Below the pieces are notes generated by a model, which made no database searches, was not told the DNA's origin, and was given only the letters and a program-made list of their open reading frames with translations. 20,000 bases of DNA, from positions 54,881 to 74,880 of IMG/VR virus record IMGVR_UViG_3300025467_000014; one strand, 5' to 3'. Origin of the DNA: an uncultured virus (IMG/VR IMGVR_UViG_3300025467_000014). Lineage: Duplodnaviria > Heunggongvirae > Uroviricota > Caudoviricetes. Every line of letters starts with the position of its first letter. Position 1 is the stretch's first letter. Of the stretch, positions 17,703-20,000 are shown piece after piece. The translations under genes were made by a program, and so were the position numbers.

Positions 17703-17870
17703 ATGGATAGTGAGGTAACATTTTTACGGGAAGCTGTATATGATTTAACTAAAGAAAACTTGTCTCTTAAACAAGTAATTGAAGATCTTGAGGCTGAAAC
17801 TCAACAGCTAAAAGATATGTTAAAAGCTAATAGAGCGAGAACAGCTGAAATAATTAATACCGCAAAATAG
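17703..17870 (+). CDS. Small coiled-coil protein (55 aa), not in the ORF track: MDSEVTFLREAVYDLTKENLSLKQVIEDLEAETQQLKDMLKANRARTAEIINTAK
   Basis: ATG 4 nt after the previous stop, ending at TAG 17868-17870. It fills the gap almost exactly and has a clear Leu heptad pattern. Confidence 0.7.
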   Translation: MDSEVTFLREAVYDLTKENLSLKQVIEDLEAETQQLKDMLKANRARTAEIINTAK

Positions 17871-17879
17871 CGGTTATTA
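17855..17879 (+). terminator. Weak hairpin ACCGC-AAAATA-GCGGT overlapping the stop of the 55-aa ORF; possible terminator separating the non-structural block from late genes
   Basis: 5-bp GC-rich stem (17859-63/17870-74), extendable by TAAT/ATTA with one bulge. The U-tract is poor. Confidence 0.3.
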
Positions 17880-17882
17880 TAT

Positions 17883-17888
17883 TAAATA
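17883..17888 (+). promoter_or_regulatory. T4-late-type promoter core TAAATA
   Basis: 6 nt before GTG 17895. Confidence 0.55.
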
Positions 17889-17894
17889 TAGGTA

Positions 17895-18320
17895 GTGAAC
17901 TACCTAACTATTAAGTACCCGCTTACTGCATCTCTCCTATTTGAAGGAGCGATGTATAATCACTTGCAGCAGGTATACCTTAGTTCTGGTAATATGCAGA
18001 TACCAGGAACGTTAAGTGCTATTGATTTATTCTCTACAAATCCATTAGTATCAGCATCATTTCCACCATTTTCTGGGTATGCTTTACCATCTACGAATTA
18101 TTATTTCACTGATAATAATCATTTATATGTAAATTTACCGAGTTTTGATACTTCAGGTACATATGACATTATTCTCTTTAATGTTGCAGGGTATAGTAAA
18201 TTATCTGATCACGGATATCTAATAAGCAATCAATCAACAGCTAATGCAATGTTATTAATAAACTCTGAGCCTATTACTCTTATTAATAATCCGTTAGCTG
18301 AAATACTTTTAATTAATTAA
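17895..18320 (+). CDS. Probable virion protein with IPT/TIG-like beta-sandwich (141 aa)
   Basis: GTG start 6 nt after TAAATA. 'DNNHLYVNLPS...GTYDIILFNVAG' resembles the end of an IPT/TIG Ig fold. The C-terminus repeats (L/T)LIN three times. Confidence 0.55.
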   Translation: MNYLTIKYPLTASLLFEGAMYNHLQQVYLSSGNMQIPGTLSAIDLFSTNPLVSASFPPFSGYALPSTNYYFTDNNHLYVNLPSFDTSGTYDIILFNVAGYSKLSDHGYLISNQSTANAMLLINSEPITLINNPLAEILLIN

Positions 18321-18328
18321 TTTTTTAA

Positions 18329-18334
18329 TAAATA
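18329..18334 (+). promoter_or_regulatory. T4-late-type promoter core (AA)TAAATA
   Basis: 6 nt before ATG 18341. Confidence 0.6.
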
Positions 18335-18340
18335 ATATCA

Positions 18341-19816
18341 ATGAGTTCACAGAATTTTACTAATTTTAACCTTAGATCTACACCTCTCTCTGGTGATTAT
18401 ATTGTAGGCTATGCATGTGATGGATCTGCAGAGTTAAGAACAACTGTTAATGACTTAGCTAATACAATTCTTCCTCTTAGAGGGTATCCATATATTGCTA
18501 ACAATACTGCTATATTACCTATAGCTGGAACTAATACAGCTTCTGGAGCTTATTCTGATATAGCTGGTGGTAATAATAATAGTATAAGTGGAACTTATAA
18601 TAATATTGGCGGTGGAGAGTATAATAATATAACCAATAGTCACAATGTAATAGCAGGTGGTTGTAGTAATACTGCCTCTGGGGGATACTCAGTTGTTGGT
18701 GGTGGTGATACTAATTGTAATCAGGGTAGTTGCGGTGTTATTGCAGGTGGAACTTCTAATTACATAGCAGCAGCCGATGCTAGTGTAATTGTTGGTGGCG
18801 AAAATAACTGCATACAAAATTGTAATACTTTCAATAATCAAAATGACAATAGTGATGTATTCCTCGGTGGTGGTAATCAGAATTGTATAACTAATTCTGG
18901 TAACTATGGATTAATTAAAAATACAGCTATCGTAGGCGGTGGTAATAATACAATTTGTGGAAATAATACGAGTGCAAATTACTCCTTTATTGGCGCTGGT
19001 GAAAGTAATATAATTAACAACTGTTATTCAAGTATTGTTGGTGGCTATACTAATACGATAAACTCATCTTATTCATACATTGCAGGTGGTTATTATAATT
19101 CAAGTCTTAGTGCCGATAATACATTCATCCTCGGTTCTCGTATTACAGCAACTTCAGCTAATTATACGTATGTCAATAACATATCCTCTCAAGGTACAGT
19201 AGCTGCTAGTACAGTTACAATTGGCATAAAGCCCACTGTAACAAGTCCTAATGTTTCACCTCTTACAATTGTATCAACAGCTAGTGGGTCAATTTTCAAT
19301 CAGATTCAGAATACATTTACCGGTCTTAGTGCTAGTACTGATATTTCTCTCTATAATGATCTTGGTACCAACTATCTTGATATGGGTATTGCTAGTAGCA
19401 TATACAATGGTAATCTTTACGGTCCAAAGTTTAACGTTGTGGGTGCTAATGATTCTTATCTCTATGCCACATCTGCTAATTTAGCATATGGTACCACAGG
19501 AAGTACAGGGGACTTGTTGTTCTTCACTGGTGGATCTTTGAGTGGTACTTCAGTAAACAGTGGTAATGAACGGTTAAGAATTAAGAATACTAATGCAGTT
19601 GGAAACGGCGGATTTGTTGGTATCAATACTTCTGTGCCCAACCAACAATTAACAGTTAGCGGTAGTGTAAGTTCGACAGGCTTTGTTTCAACAAGTGCTC
19701 TCTGGGTTAGTAGTTTATCCGCTACAACAGGCTCACCTACAACTGTAGCATATAAAATGCCTGTCTATTTAGCAAATGGTACTTTTGCCGGATGGATACC
19801 TGTTTATAATGGTTAA
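18341..19816 (+). CDS. Modular beta-solenoid fibre protein (491 aa), paralogous to the upstream fibres
   Basis: GG-x-x-N solenoid with the 'ILPIAGTNTASG' N-cap, the NYTYVNNISSQG C-cap (starting at 19160), the shared ~108-aa module (19256-19582) and 'GGFVGINTS.PNQQLTV.G' as in the 1478-aa protein. Confidence 0.78.
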   Translation: MSSQNFTNFNLRSTPLSGDYIVGYACDGSAELRTTVNDLANTILPLRGYPYIANNTAILPIAGTNTASGAYSDIAGGNNNSISGTYNNIGGGEYNNITNSHNVIAGGCSNTASGGYSVVGGGDTNCNQGSCGVIAGGTSNYIAAADASVIVGGENNCIQNCNTFNNQNDNSDVFLGGGNQNCITNSGNYGLIKNTAIVGGGNNTICGNNTSANYSFIGAGESNIINNCYSSIVGGYTNTINSSYSYIAGGYYNSSLSADNTFILGSRITATSANYTYVNNISSQGTVAASTVTIGIKPTVTSPNVSPLTIVSTASGSIFNQIQNTFTGLSASTDISLYNDLGTNYLDMGIASSIYNGNLYGPKFNVVGANDSYLYATSANLAYGTTGSTGDLLFFTGGSLSGTSVNSGNERLRIKNTNAVGNGGFVGINTSVPNQQLTVSGSVSSTGFVSTSALWVSSLSATTGSPTTVAYKMPVYLANGTFAGWIPVYNG

Positions 19817-19824
19817 AAAATAGC

Positions 19825-19853
19825 TTGCTCTTTTCTTATAGAGATCATACTAT
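19825..19853 (+). promoter_or_regulatory. sigma70-type (early) promoter TTGCTC-N17-TACTAT
   Basis: The -10 box ends 6 nt before ATG 19860. Confidence 0.6.
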
Positions 19854-19859
19854 AAAGGT

Positions 19860-19955
19860 ATGAAATATGTTCCAGTTAATCTTATTCTATTCTTGAGTTG
19901 TCTTGTCTTTTGGTTTTTTATCTATAAGCACCTTTACGCTCTCTGTCATGTCTAA
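19860..19955 (+). CDS. Small single-pass membrane peptide (31 aa): MKYVPVNLILFLSCLVFWFFIYKHLYALCHV
   Basis: ATG lies 6 nt after a TTGCTC-N17-TACTAT promoter-like motif. It has one hydrophobic stretch and overlaps the next ATG at 19948. Confidence 0.5.
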   Translation: MKYVPVNLILFLSCLVFWFFIYKHLYALCHV

Positions 19956-20000
19956 AATTCTTGTCATAGGTGATATTATTTTTTGTATTTTTATTAATTG
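19948..20000 (+). CDS. Start of a further ORF running off the window (MSKILVIGDIIFCIFIN...)
   Basis: ATG overlaps the previous gene and the frame is open to the window end. 'KILVIGD' is a typical first beta-strand of PfkB/HldE kinases or metallophosphoesterases, but 17 codons are too few to assign. Confidence 0.35.
   Translation, partial: MSKILVIGDIIFCIFIN

Noticed and set aside
3318..18334. Eukaryotic giant-virus (poxvirus TAAATG-type) late promoters
   Set aside because: The motif is TAAATA separated from the start codon, GTG starts are used, and sigma70-like promoters, TraR/DksA and a bacterial ClpC indicate a bacteriophage.
394..19484. Alternative-frame and minus-strand ORFs in the track (394-588, 679-873, 2039-2350, 3362-3547, 6687-6872, 7674-8003, 10988-11215, 11710-11898, 12690-12872, 12719-13033, 13082-13309, 15760-15957, 17187-17375, 19251-19484)
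   Set aside because: All overlap well-supported + strand genes, have shadow-like composition caused by GGT/AAT/ACA codon bias, and lack promoter motifs or recognisable domains.
1260..19582. Repeated modules as diversity-generating retroelement TR/VR pairs
   Set aside because: Differences between copies are not confined to adenines, all copies are coding, and no reverse transcriptase is present in the window.
1..20000. Stop-codon reassignment (common in some large phages)
   Set aside because: Multi-kilobase ORFs read through without TAG/TGA under code 11, and the genes tile the window. The TGA at 14216 and TAG at 17868 are followed by the next gene's promoter motif.
19948..20000. Calling the last ORF hldE/rfaE or a metallophosphoesterase
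   Set aside because: Only 17 codons are visible, and the residues after IGD (IIFCIF) match neither 'D-x-M-L-D' nor 'D-x-H'.

Overview
AT-rich, gene-dense window with all credible genes on the + strand, most consistent with a large T4-like (myovirus-type) bacteriophage genome. About 15 kb (1-13676 and 17895-19816) encodes probable virion structural proteins. These are four Gly/Asn/Cys-rich fibre-like proteins built from a shared set of shuffled modules, a small linker protein, a LamG/ConA-like lectin protein, a 977-aa structural protein and a small Ig/TIG-like protein. Between them (13719-17870) is a non-structural block: a TraR/DksA-type C4 zinc-finger protein, several small hypothetical or coiled-coil proteins and a complete ClpC AAA+ unfoldase, whose sequence resembles Verrucomicrobia/PVC ClpC as I recall it. 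Nearly every gene not translationally coupled to its neighbour has its own promoter-like motif ending 6-10 nt before the start codon, with no convincing Shine-Dalgarno. Structural genes and clpC have a T4-late-type (TA)TAAATA box, and the small non-structural genes have a sigma70-type TTGC(A/T)N-N16/17-(-10) motif. This points to a two-class, mostly leaderless expression programme. No rRNA, tRNA, CRISPR array, reverse transcriptase or mobile element was seen. All family assignments come from motif recognition, not database searches.
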